Assembly (NCBI GenBank): GCA_002269645.1 | Contig: NIVC01000514.1 | Coordinates: forward strand, 372,001 to 436,000 | DNA: 64,000 bases | From: Macrostomum lignano | Taxonomy: Eukaryota | Reading direction: 5' to 3' | In this document: in pieces, positions 49,046 through 60,086 of the stretch | Position numbering within the stretch: position 1 is the first letter of the stretch | Layout of the letters: each line of letters begins with the position of its first letter | The notes under the pieces: model-generated | What the model was told of the DNA's origin: nothing | What the model saw: the letters and a program-made list of their open reading frames with translations, nothing else | The model's database searches: none | Made by a program: the position numbers and the translations under genes

Positions 49046-49867
49046 CCGGGAGGCAGTACAGAGCTGTCTGCAGATTAACTTTGACTGTCCCAGAACACGG
49101 GGCAAAGCCATTGGCTGATTCTTGACTTGTGCAGCGCAAGAAGTAGAAGAAGCAACGAAATTCTGGGTGAATCGATGGACTGCAGGCCCCCACCCGCCTT
49201 CTGAAATCCTTCTGTCTATAAGCTCAAGTCGCTATTTGCCCTGGATTTTGCTCGCATCCTGCAGCGATGGGCCCGACAAGATGGTGCTAAGGCGGGCGGC
49301 GGATGCAGCGGCAGCTGAGAACTTTGAGCTCTTGGAGCGGCGCTGCTCACCAAGGCGCGAGTCAGAGAGCGAGTGCGCAGTGAGCAGTGAGTGAGAATCG
49401 GCAGTGAAATCTGAGATTGAGCAAACAGGGGGCGCCGTGTGTCGGCTTGGGTGGCGGCTGGGCGGCCCCAAGCCGAGGCTTGACAGGAATTTAAACAAAA
49501 AACGAGAAAAAAACAGACATGCTTTTTGCAATGTTAAAAACCGAGGGCGTGTTTAACATTGCTGGGGCCGCCCGTTGCCGGCAGCTCTGCCCCCCCCCCC
49601 CCCAGATCTGCGACTGAAGACTTTGAGGCGCCTGACCGCCTGTTTGCAGACAGCAGTTCAGGTGTATTGAGGTGGGAGACAAGCGGCGACTCCGCTGCTG
49701 CCGCCGCTGTTTGCCCTCTGGCTGCCGCCCCCGGCCTGTCTGTGAGCTCAAATATTCCTGATCATGTCGCCGCTTAATGACCTGCGGCCTCGGAGCAATT
49801 AAAACTGACTGATGGCCCGCGTGATTCCGCACAGGTAAGTAGATTGACTGACAGACAGGTGACTCAC

Positions 49868-50039
49868 AAAGCCGTGCTTATCCGAGATGTTGTTGGTGAG
49901 CTTGAGCTTGTGGAAGCTGACAATCTTCTGCATCCACTGCTCGCCTGTGCTCGGACTGTCGGGGTGAATGTAGATCCGCTTCGGCATCTCCGGGTCCGCC
50001 TTGCCCGCGACGATCCAGCGGGAGTTGTGGAACTTGTAC
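49868..50039 (-). CDS. Tbx2/3: Tbx2/3 exon 3, T-box
   Basis: [57 protein letters not shown] is diagnostic of Tbx2/3; CGCAG| acceptor, TTT|GTGAGT donor. Confidence 0.98.
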
Positions 50040-50069
50040 CTGCGGGGCAGCGGCATGAGCTGATGTGGC

Positions 50070-50340
50070 CTCTGACCCACTTCGCTCTGACCCACTTCGC
50101 TCTGACCCACTTCCCTCTGACCCACTTCCCTCTGACCCACTTCTCTCTGACCCACTTCCCTCTGACCCACTTCCCTCTGACCCACTTCCCTCTGACCCAC
50201 TCCCCTCTGACCCACTTCCCTCTGACCCACTTCCCTCTGACCCACTTCCCTCTGACCCACTTCCCTCTGACCCACTTCCTTCTGACTCACTTCCCTCTGA
50301 CCCATTTCCCTCTAACCTGTTTTTCTCTGACCCATTTCCC
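50070..50340. repeat. 15-bp tandem repeat (TCTGACCCACTTCCC), ~18 copies, fills Tbx2/3 intron 2
   Basis: Direct periodicity within a 320-bp intron. Confidence 0.96.
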
Positions 50341-50359
50341 GGACCTCCGCCAGCCTCAC

Positions 50360-50455
50360 CTGCAGTCGTCAACGGGCACGATGTCCATCAGCATGATGTA
50401 CTTGGCCCGCTTGTCCAGGCCGGCCACCTTCACTTTGAAAGGCGGAAACATCCGG
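50360..50455 (-). CDS. Tbx2/3: Tbx2/3 exon 2, T-box
   Basis: [32 protein letters not shown]; TTTCAG| acceptor, AG|GTGAGG donor. Confidence 0.97.
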
Positions 50456-52861
50456 CTGAAATGAAACGAGGAATAAATGCATAATTAGGCATGCATAATG
50501 CAGGCATAATTCAAAAGCCATGGGTCATAATTCATAGTCCATAGGCCATAGGCCAAAAGACAATTCATAGGCTCTCTCGCGGAACTGCATGAAAGCAAAA
50601 ATGCCATTCCAAGCTTCCCGGCTAACACAGGGCGGCATGCGTGGCACCTTCGTGGCGGCACCGAATGATGGATGGCTTGAGGGGTGGGCAGAGACGAACA
50701 GCCTGAGTTCAGTTGGTTAAACAAAGCCGGGCTGAAGTTGATTTTACACAAACACCGCCCCGCCAGATGCCAAAGTTTTGAGCAGCGGAGAGGGTGGGGC
50801 GGCTTGCAATGAGAATGAAATGGAGAGATCACAGCAAGAGTTGACAGCTCCAGCTTGTAGTGCCAGGTGCCTTTTTCAGTACTTGACTCTCAGAGACTTT
50901 GTTTAACCTGCCTGAGCTCTCTCTCAACTCATTTCCCAGCCCAGTGCCCCGGCCGTTGCCATGCTCTCTAGCCGGCAACTCAAGACAGGCTCGGGGCCCA
51001 GCTGAACCCGTGCATGCGGATTGCGTCAGCGGGCCTTCTTTGCCCTGCTTGACCCGGGCCAGCCACCCAGTACTGACAGATGAGCCGTTGACACTCGACC
51101 GGCCTGTTTGATGTGCGGCCCGGGCGGTGTCTTCCTCTGGTCCGGGCCTCTTAATTTGATGAGGCCGGCATTGCCGGGACGAGCCGGATGCGGCCTCTCC
51201 TGCCGGCATTCACCGCGAATTCGTGACCGGAGCCGCGGGCCCGGGGGCCACTCACGGCCAGATCAATTTCACTTAATGCACCTGGGCAAAATTGCGCAGC
51301 GAAGTGGGCGGGACCGACCGGCTGAATGGGGGGGGGGGCGGCTGAGAGCCGCGCAGATTCCTGAAACGCGGGCGGGCATCGATGGCGGCGGCGCTGGCGG
51401 ATCGATGCTAGCGTGCCGCTCAGCCGCCCGCTGCTCAAATGGCCGCTTTTGTGCCCGCGCCGCCGAGAGCAGGAGGAGCAGCTGAGAGCGGAGGGGGAGC
51501 CGCTTTGTCCGGCCCCGCGGCCTCATCCGCAGCTTCCACCTTTCAGCCGCGCGCATCCGCCAGGTGGGGAAGCCGGGCAGAGCAGAGCAAATGTTTTCGT
51601 GATCGCTCAGGGCTGCGGCCGCCAGTTTCTCCTCCTCTGCTTTCACTTCGCGGGCCCGCGGGCGGCCCTTGCAGGGGGCCACCTGACCTCATTCTCAGGA
51701 TGGAGAGCCACGGGAGACTGGGTGACTAAATATCCGGCTATGGGCCAATCTGCATCTGCAGCTTCACTTCATTTATAAATTTAAAAGGCAAAAAAGGCAA
51801 CGAGAGAAACAGGGGGGGGGGCACAAAAGGAGCGGGAGGCCGCTGGCGAAGATGGACGAGCTGCTGCCGGGCTGCCGAGCCGTTGAATGGCCGCGGTGGC
51901 GGCGCCGCCACGCCGACAGCTCCGGGAATGACAGCTGCTGACTGCGGGACCAGCGGGGACCCCCGCTTTACCTGTCCGCCTCGCCTCCCCCCCCGCGTTG
52001 AGAGAGACAGAAAGAGAAACAGGGGCAAAAGAAGAAGACATACAACTGGAGAGGCGAACGCAAACAGACGCGCTGCTGGGAGCGATGGAGACATGCGGGA
52101 GGCTGGCTGTGCCGAGTGAATTGGCGGGTGGCCATCAATTTCCCCCCTCCGCTCCCACTGCAGCCGCCGCCGTCCCGCACCGAGGGGGGACGCCACTTAT
52201 CAGGTTCGATTAGCGCTTTAGCTTGACAACTCGGCGCTCCTGTGACCGCGAGGCGCTTCAAGATGACAATCTGTTTGCGTTGGCCTCCCCTCCTCCCGCA
52301 GATAGCGGCCTCCCCCTGTCTCCCTTGCATCCCCTCCCTCTGGCTGCCTTGCCGCAATGCAGCTTCACTCCGTGGCACTTGCAGTGTCGGCGGCGGCGCC
52401 CCAGCAGCCTCTCAGCCGCCTGTCTTCTTCACGGCAGCGGCGGGGGCAGCAATTTAAAAAGTCTCCCGCCAGACTGGAGCCGCCCGGCCGCAAGCAAAAC
52501 ACGGGCCGCTCGGATTCGCAAATTCCTGCATGACCACCGCGGTGGGGTGAAAATCGAGGGGCTATCGGGCCGCATTAATCCCCCCGCCCATTGTGCCAGC
52601 TGGGATCGCAGCGAACTGCAGACTCCCCGCAGCACCATCGACCCCCCATCAGCCCGGCAGATCGCAATCTCAGGCGAGTCCGGCACCTGATCGATACCGG
52701 GCCGAGCAGGGGGGGAGCAGGTGTGGCTCTCGGCACATCCCGCACAACCCGAGAAGTGATTAAAAACTGCCTGCATACCCACTCGGGTCCGATGATCCTC
52801 TCTGGAGGAAGGAAGGGGGGACATTGGCAAACACGAGCCCGCAGTGATATCGCTGTCCAGA

Positions 52862-54211
52862 TCAAGCGCTGCTCAATCGGGACTCAAAGGCGCCATTGGG
52901 ATGACATTTAGCTGTGGCGCTGCGGTGCTGTTTGCCCAGCCACTTGACTGGGGCGCCTGAGGAGGCCTCCCGCGAGCTCAAAATATCTCGAGACACTTGA
53001 AATTTTCTCAGAGTGCCTGAACTCCGCTCGTCTGTCTGGGGTGAAAAAAGCCAAGAGAGTTGACAGAACCTGAGAACAATAAATAAACACAGGCGGCCGG
53101 GGCTCGCGTGCCCAACTGTGCGGGGCGGAGTCTGCGGGGCCGACATCTCTGCAGATGAGGCCATAAGGCTCTGATATGTGAGGACTCAAGGCCAGCTCAA
53201 GAGTTTTAATCACTTCACCAAATGCATTAAAGACCCAGCACTGTCTGTTTGCACTGGGGTGCCCGGCATGTCGGGGCTGCCAAACTCCGGCACTTGCCAC
53301 AAACAGTTCGCGGGTCGCGCTATTCACTCTCACCGCTGTCAGATCTTTGATGCTTTTTTGATGGAGTTTGTCATCCGCACGGCGGAGCCACGCCAGCCTC
53401 TCCTTCAGGCGGGTGACGCCCCGGCCCGGCCCTCTAAGCTCCGACGGCCCCACGGAGCCCCGGCTGCAAACAAAACCCGCAGCTCCAGGAGGCTGGCAGC
53501 CGGGGCGGCGCCAGCCGGGAGGGGGTGGCGCTGGTGGCCGTCCATCTCTTTAGTCTGGGCGCAGAACTTACGCTGGGATAAACTTCCCTGGCCAGCCTCC
53601 CTTCGGCACCAACTGAAAACTCCCCCGGGGTTTCAGGACAGCAGCATCAACAGACGGCTGTTTGTCCTGCCCGAATTCTGCAGCGCTCGCTTGTTGGACA
53701 AACAGGCAACTCGCCTGGCCGCCCCGCTGCTGGCATCAAGTGCCCCAGAGTGAGCTCTTGAGCAGCGCTGTGTTGTCTGACAAGTGGAGCGCAGCTATTG
53801 GACACTCTCGAACACGCTCACACAGGCTTGTCAAGAAGCACAAAAGCTGCGCCACCCGCGGCGCCGGGGCCTCCCTGCCCTCTGCAACATCTCTGCTCTC
53901 TCTCTTCACAGCCTGCATATAAAAGAAGCCAGAGCTGCAGCTCTAAAGCAGCAAGCGGAGCATCGCAGATTGCGCCGGGGTGACGCCGTCTGGACTGGCG
54001 ACTTGACAGAATGAGGTGGCGGTGGCAGTGGCGGCGGGGATGAAGGAAGCGGTGGCTGTGAGCTGCCAGAAGGCGCCCCGGCCCCCCCCCTGTCTGCCCC
54101 GGCGTCAAGTTCTAACAATTTAAGCGATAATATCAACGGATTTGGCGACAATCCGACACGGGGCCCGGGCAGATTTAGTGGCCAGATAAGGCCCGGCTGT
54201 AGGGGTCCCAT
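52862..54211 (-). pseudogene. Candidate NHL/beta-propeller (possibly TRIM-NHL-like) gene or pseudogene inside Tbx2/3 intron 1
   Basis: ORF 52908-53453 contains AVRVNSATRELFVAS, CWVFNAFGEVIKTL and SEPYGL (NHL-blade-like); phase-compatible 108-bp GTAAGT..TTTGCAG intron at 53571-53464; upstream Cys-rich segment with a frameshift and a stop. Not confirmed by any search. Confidence 0.35.
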
Positions 54212-55011
54212 TGTGACCCCATTGTGCCCATGGGCTCACTCGGGCAAGAGAGAAGCAGATAAATGTCACCGAGCCGGCTTGCTCTGCTCATTGCTCAAGC
54301 TCCACAGCATATAAAAGGCTGTATATTTCTCAAACTTGAAAACTTGCCCAACCCCCACTGATGCCAAGCAGAGATAGGGGGGGGGGGGCGATTCCCGAGT
54401 CCTCTAGCGAGAGAACAAGGCGGAGAGAATCGGGTGAGCAAGGCCGAGGGTGTCTGACAAACTTCTAAAAAGTTTTCGAGGTCGTCGGTTTTTAATGGCG
54501 GCGCCTCGGAGGCTGCCGGTGAAAGCAAGTGCCGGGCCTTCCGGAGCGGCAGGGGTGAGTGAGACTGCGAGAGAACAAGACGCCAATCTTCTGAAGCAAC
54601 TTGTTCTGCGCAGTGAAACTGCACCCGCGGTTTCGCTATTCCAGTGTTTGCTTCGAGCTGTTTATGGAGTTAGCAGGGCTTGGGAAGGCAATAAAATCCC
54701 CCCGCCTGAGCTGCTTGGCGGTTGGCGCCAGCGGCCGCTGAATTGATGCGGCAGATTGCCGCTCTCTAATCCGCTTGAAGACGGGGGGAACCTGCATGCA
54801 CCCACCAGATCTCCGGGATCAGGGGGGCGGGACTCTGACTGCTGAGACGATTTCGAATTGCCTGCCATTGGATTTCTATGGCAGTCTGTATTAATAAAAC
54901 TGCCCGTGTTGATGAGAGTTTATGAGGCTTCGAACACTGCTTATGTTATACAGTAGCTTGATGCTCATCTTAGCAATCTTAGCTGAGCCCAATTACCTCC
55001 TGATGTCCTTC

Positions 55012-55590
55012 AGTTGGCGCTACCCCTACAGTTGGCGCTACCCCCTATATTTGGCGCTACCCCTACAGTTGGCGCTACCCCCTATAGTTGGCGCTACCTC
55101 TATAGTTGGGGCTACCCCCTATTGTTGGCGCTACCCCCTATAGTTGGCGCTACCCCCTATAGTTGGCGCTACCCCCTATAGTTGGCGCTACCCCCTATAG
55201 TTGGCGCTACCCCCTATAGTTGGCGCTACCCCCTATAGTTGGCGCTACCCCCTATAGTTGGCGCTACCCCTATAGTTGGCGCTACCCCTATAGTTGGCGG
55301 GTTGACGCTACCCATTGAAAATGGCGCTATCGAGATCTTTGGCGCTACCTATTGAAAATAGCGCTATCCAGATCTTTGGCGCTACCCCTACAGTTGGCGG
55401 GTTGGCGCTACCCATTGAAAATGGCGCTATCCAGATCTTTGGCGCTACCCCTACAGTTGGCGGGTTGGCGCTACCCATTGAAAGTGGCGCTATCCAGATC
55501 TTTGGCGCTACCCCTACAACCGTGCTACCCCTTGAAATTGGCGCTACCTTTACCGTTAGCGTTACCCCCAGTTGGCTCTACCCTCTCAAA
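55012..55590. repeat. 19-bp tandem repeat (GTTGGCGCTACCCCCTATA) grading into diverged ~57-bp units, Tbx2/3 intron 1
   Basis: Direct periodicity. Confidence 0.93.
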
Positions 55591-55720
55591 TAATGATTAT
55601 TAATACCAAGCCTTGAATGTCTGCCGGGACGGCAACTGAGACTCGTCACTCTGGGTCTGGGTTTTATGAGGAAAAATTCAATTCTAGAAAAAACCGGCAG
55701 TGCAGCGGCCCGAGACTCAC

Positions 55721-56217
55721 CGGCCACTCTTGGTGATGACCATCTCGGTGCCGAAGCCGTGGAACTGATCCCACAACTCCTTCTCCACCAGCTCCACCTT
55801 CGGGTCGTCGGTCACCTCCGCCTGCTGCTGCTGCTGCTCCTCCGCGGTCGGCGGCTCGAAGTTCCTCAGCAGGCCGGCGGCGGCGGCATGTGCGGGCGAG
55901 AACAGCTCCGACGGCATCAGCGGCGGCGGCCCAGAGAAGCCGCCGATCGTCTTGCTGGCCGTCGAGCCTGCCGTGGACGAAGTTCCTCCGCCGCTGGCCC
56001 CGCCGCCGCCTCCGCCAGAAGAAGCGGCAGAGCTGGCAGCGGCGGCTGCGGCGGCTGCAGCGGCAGCGGCGGCGGCAGCGGCCATGAAGCCGGGGTGCGG
56101 GTGGTGGGCGGCAGCGGCGCCGGTCGGGTGGTGCGGCGGGAAGCCAAAGTAGCCGGGCAGCAGCGGCAGCTCGGCGGCCGAGCTGGGGAAGCCGCCGACG
56201 AAGGGGTTGAAGGACAT
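55721..56217 (-). CDS. Tbx2/3: Tbx2/3 (omb-like) exon 1. Model: 56217..55721, 50455..50360, 50039..49868, 44865..44639, 44257..43773, 43546..42813 (736 aa; an in-frame upstream ATG at 56334 would give 775 aa)
   Basis: MSFNPF resembles the Tbx2/3 MAYHPF motif; poly-Ala; [30 protein letters not shown]; CG|GTGAGT donor. Confidence 0.95.
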
Positions 56218-56338
56218 CGCCAGCGGGAACTGCAGCTGCTCGGAGATGAAGTGGCTTGGCTGGGCAGGTTGGGGTTCCCAGAGGAGCTCCGGCACAAATT
56301 GTTGAGTTTTTGCTGAGAATCCCGCGGCCTCCATTTCC

Positions 56339-56440
56339 TATTTAATAGCCGGCTTTGCAGAGCACTGCAGAGGCTGCCCCCCCCCCTACGCGCGGCCCGG
56401 ATTGGCTGGCGGGAGGGCCAGACGCCCCGTGAAGCCCAAT
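56339..56440 (-). promoter_or_regulatory. Putative Tbx2/3 core promoter: TATA-like TATTAAATA (56347-56339), CCAAT boxes at ~56400 and ~56436
   Basis: Motif spacing is typical; the TATA lies only a few bases from the 56334 ATG, which favours the 56217 start. Confidence 0.45.
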
Positions 56441-57777
56441 GGCCTGCAGGCGTCAAGATTCGGCAGAGTGGCGCCAGGCCGCTGCTGCCCCCACCCGCAC
56501 CTTGGCGCTAAATTGTATCGCTTGCCGCCTGCCCACCCACCCCTCCAGGCTCTTTCCTTGCTTTTTGCGTGCAACAAAAAAGGCTAAAAGCAGAGCCCAA
56601 GCAATAGATGGGAAACAGAGATAACAGGAGAAATCATAATAATTCCCACTGCGCTTTCCTGGGCGCCACTGCGGCAGTGGTTGGGAATAATTTATTGGCG
56701 TGTCCTGTCGAGTTCACTGTTCGCTGTTGTTTCTGTTGTTGTTGTTGTGCGGGTTGGGCTGACTTCCCTGTTTTATCTGCTTTTTATAAAGACTTGTTTT
56801 GAGGGGAGTTATAAAAATTCAGGTTAATAACAATGCTGACTGTCCCCTGCTCTGCGCATGGATAATTAAAATGTTGTCGCAAGCAGGCGCTGCTTGCTCA
56901 GGCATTCACGGCCGGCACGCAGGCTGCAGCGCCAGACGGCAAGCTGTGGAATTTAGCAGAGAAACCTGCCGACTCAATCACCGCCTGTGCCAGGTGAACT
57001 GACCCGTGAGCCGCTAATGCCGGGGCTGCCGGGGCTGCCTGGGCCCGCGCGTCAAGTCAAATTAAGCCCTGCAATTGTCTATGGCCCGGCCCTCCATCAA
57101 GCCCGGCCCATTCCGTGACCCAAGGGCGCAGATCGGCATCGCGTTGCGCCCCCCCCCCCTGTTCTGTAATGGCCGCCCGACATGTTACAACAGCAATACA
57201 ACAATGATTAACAATTATTGTTTCCTCAGGCCAGTCGGGTAGATTGGGGGCCATAATTAACCCCGGATGATGTGAGTGGCTGCCCGTCCTGCGCCACCTC
57301 GCGTTACAAATACTTTTGTCATCCAGCGGCTGCCGCACTTAAGCAAACAGCTCCTTCTTCACTCCCGGACTGAGAAGCGCCGAAGCCTTGCGCGACTTTT
57401 ACGGCGCCTCGAGCCTCGATGGGGAGACACTCGACAGGCGAAGCCTTGCAGGCGATCGCGGCGGGTCAGGATATCCCGCACTGCCGGATTGTAGCTGAGA
57501 CAAAGACAGGCACACTGCCTGCCTGGGACTTGCGGATTCTGTAGGCGATTTTCATAATGTTGTATCTTCATCCGTAGGGCCGGCTCCCTTTGTAACGCAT
57601 CTGCAGTTGGCTTGGCGGTTTTGCCAAGGATAATCGAATTTTAGATCTCATCATTCACTAATCTGCGCTGCTGCTCCCACCGTCTCTGTCTGCCCCAGGT
57701 ATCCCTGCACGTTTTAATTTTTTCATATTAGTTCAAAATTTACTTCTACTTCAGTAACTCCGACTGTTCAGCTCCCG

Positions 57778-57975
57778 CTTCTCTTCACTCCTCATCTTTT
57801 TTCTCTCCTCTCTTCTCTCTCTTCTCTACTCTCTCCTTTCTTCTCTCTCTTCTCTACTCTCCTCTCTCTTTTCTTTTGTCTATTCTCTACTCTATACTCT
57901 CTTATCTCTCTTCTCTTCTCTCTACTCTCTCGACTCCCCCCTCTGCTCTCTCCTCTCTTTTCTCCTCTCCCCTTC
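57778..57975. repeat. Pyrimidine-rich (CT) low-complexity tract
   Basis: Direct. Confidence 0.85.
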
Positions 57976-58940
57976 CCTCAAATTCCCTGCAAGATTTTCC
58001 TGTCTGCTAGCAGTCTGTCCTGTCCTCCCCTCGGAATAATTATCCCAACTTCAACGCCGGGGAAATTCTTTAAGCCGCGAACGTCTCATACAGCGCGATC
58101 AAATTAATGACTCGAGTCTTTGTCTGGGGTGGGGACTGGCGGCGCGATTGTTTTGCAACAAAGACCCGGGCTAGAAAGGCAAAGCAAGCCGACACCGATC
58201 CGCCTGTCTGTGCCAATGGCAATCTCATGTTCTCCCTGCTCACATGGTGAAAGTTGCGGCAAAAAGGCCCGGCTACGCCCGTAATGGAGCCCTGTAATTA
58301 CTGGGGCCGGCTCGTGCCCCCCCCCCTGCTCAGCCTCAATCGGTCACACCGGGCCCGCTCAGGCGTGCCGCATTTAAGGTGGCGGCCTTCGCGGATGCTT
58401 AAACCCCCCCCCCAGCCCCCCAAACCCGGATCAAATTTGGGGATCTCAATTCTTGTTCGATCTCAATTCCCAACTTTTAAACATGACTGTTTTGTGTTCC
58501 CTTCTCCCCCTCCCAGTGCCTACCCGAGGCCCCCCGCCAGGCCGCTTCGCTTTCACGATCCATTCCGAATAGGCCGGGGTCACGAATATTCTGCCCGAGC
58601 CGCTGCCAGGCTCCGCCCAGTCTCCAGCGCCTGTAATTGAGCCCCTCTTCATCTCATTCTGCTCGAACTCCCTCCACCTAACTGGCAACTGCTATTCTAT
58701 CAAGTCTTTGTTGCCAATGTCTCCGCACCCTTGGCTTGCCACTTCAGCGTCTTGTTCCACTTCTCCGAGCAGGTGGAGGAGCTGCAAGTCTTGCCGATCT
58801 TGCCGGTGATCAACTCAGAGCTGCACGGAGATCGCATCGGCTCTGAGCAGCTGCCTGCCTGCCGGGCTGCAAACAGTGCCAGCCGCACCCGAGCCTGAGC
58901 TGCGTGCAGCCGCTTGCCCTCTCGTCCTTTGCAATATCCC

Positions 58941-59345
58941 GCTCTCCCACTCTCACCACTCTCTCTTTCTCCAGCTTTCTGCTACTCTCACCACTCTCTC
59001 TTTCTCCAGCTTTCTGCTACTCTCACCACTCTCTCCTGCTCTCTCCTACTCTCTCCTGCTCTCTCCTAGTCTCTCCTACTCTCTCCTACTCTCTCCTGCT
59101 CTCTCCTGCTCTCTCCTACTCTCTCCTGCTCTCTCCTACTCTCTCCTGCTCTCTCCTACTCTCTCCTGCTCTCTCCTACTCTCTCCTGCTCTCTCCTACT
59201 CTCTCCTGCTCTCTCCTACTCTCTCCTGCTCTCTCCTACTCTCTCCTGCTCTCTCCTACTCTCTCATACTCTCTCCTACTCTCTCCTACTCTCTCCTACT
59301 CTCTCCTACTCTCTCCTACTCTCTCGCATTATCTCTCTCTCTCTC
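58941..59345. repeat. 10-bp repeat CTCTCTCCT(A/G)
   Basis: Direct periodicity. Confidence 0.95.
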
Positions 59346-60086
59346 TGTAATCAGAAGGAACTAAAAGAAGATCCACATTTCCTGCTAATGAAATTCTCAC
59401 TTCATTACTCAATTGTTGCTGCATATATTTGGGTTCAATTGTCTCCCTTCTCGCCTCTCCCTCAGTTGGGCGTCTCCTGCTGTTCCCCCCCCCCCTCCAG
59501 TCCAAAGGCAGGCCGCCGCCATCCGCATCAAAGTTTACTTTTGTAATTCCTCTCCGCGTCCAGCACTTCGATTCTGCCAGTCACTTTTGAACCCCCTCCC
59601 TGGCTGGGGAAAGCAAAACACTGGGGGTGCGGAGGCCCTGACTGACAGGCAGTCAATTGAACTTAAATAAAATCATATTCAATAATTCTCCCGCAATGTG
59701 TTTTCTGCGCGCTGTCGCCCGATTGAAAAAGTTATCATAACAGCGCCGCGCTCTGGCCGATGGGGGGTTCGGGCGGGGGGAAGGCGAGGCGGCTTCAGCC
59801 TGCGTTCTGTCAGCTGCCCTCCCAGCATCACCGAATATGAAGCTGAGAGGCTGGGGCTCGCTATCAGCAGCTCAAATCAGCAGCTGCTGTTTAGCCAGCA
59901 GTCTGGCGGCGATGACCATAAAGCTCCGCGCATCAGACATCCATCATGCTCTGCGCTGTAGGATTGACAGACTCCTTCCGGCAGCTTCATCAGCAGGTGC
60001 CACCTTTTGCTGGCTGACCGACTCGAATCTGCGGCTCCGATCTGCGGAGCTGCGAGCTTTCTCTTGGCGGCTTCGAGCGGCTCGGC

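Noticed and set aside
58700-60085. Coding-like minus-strand fragments (58700-58888; ~59830-60085)
   Set aside because: Short, open in more than one frame, no recognisable domain and no consistent splice model.
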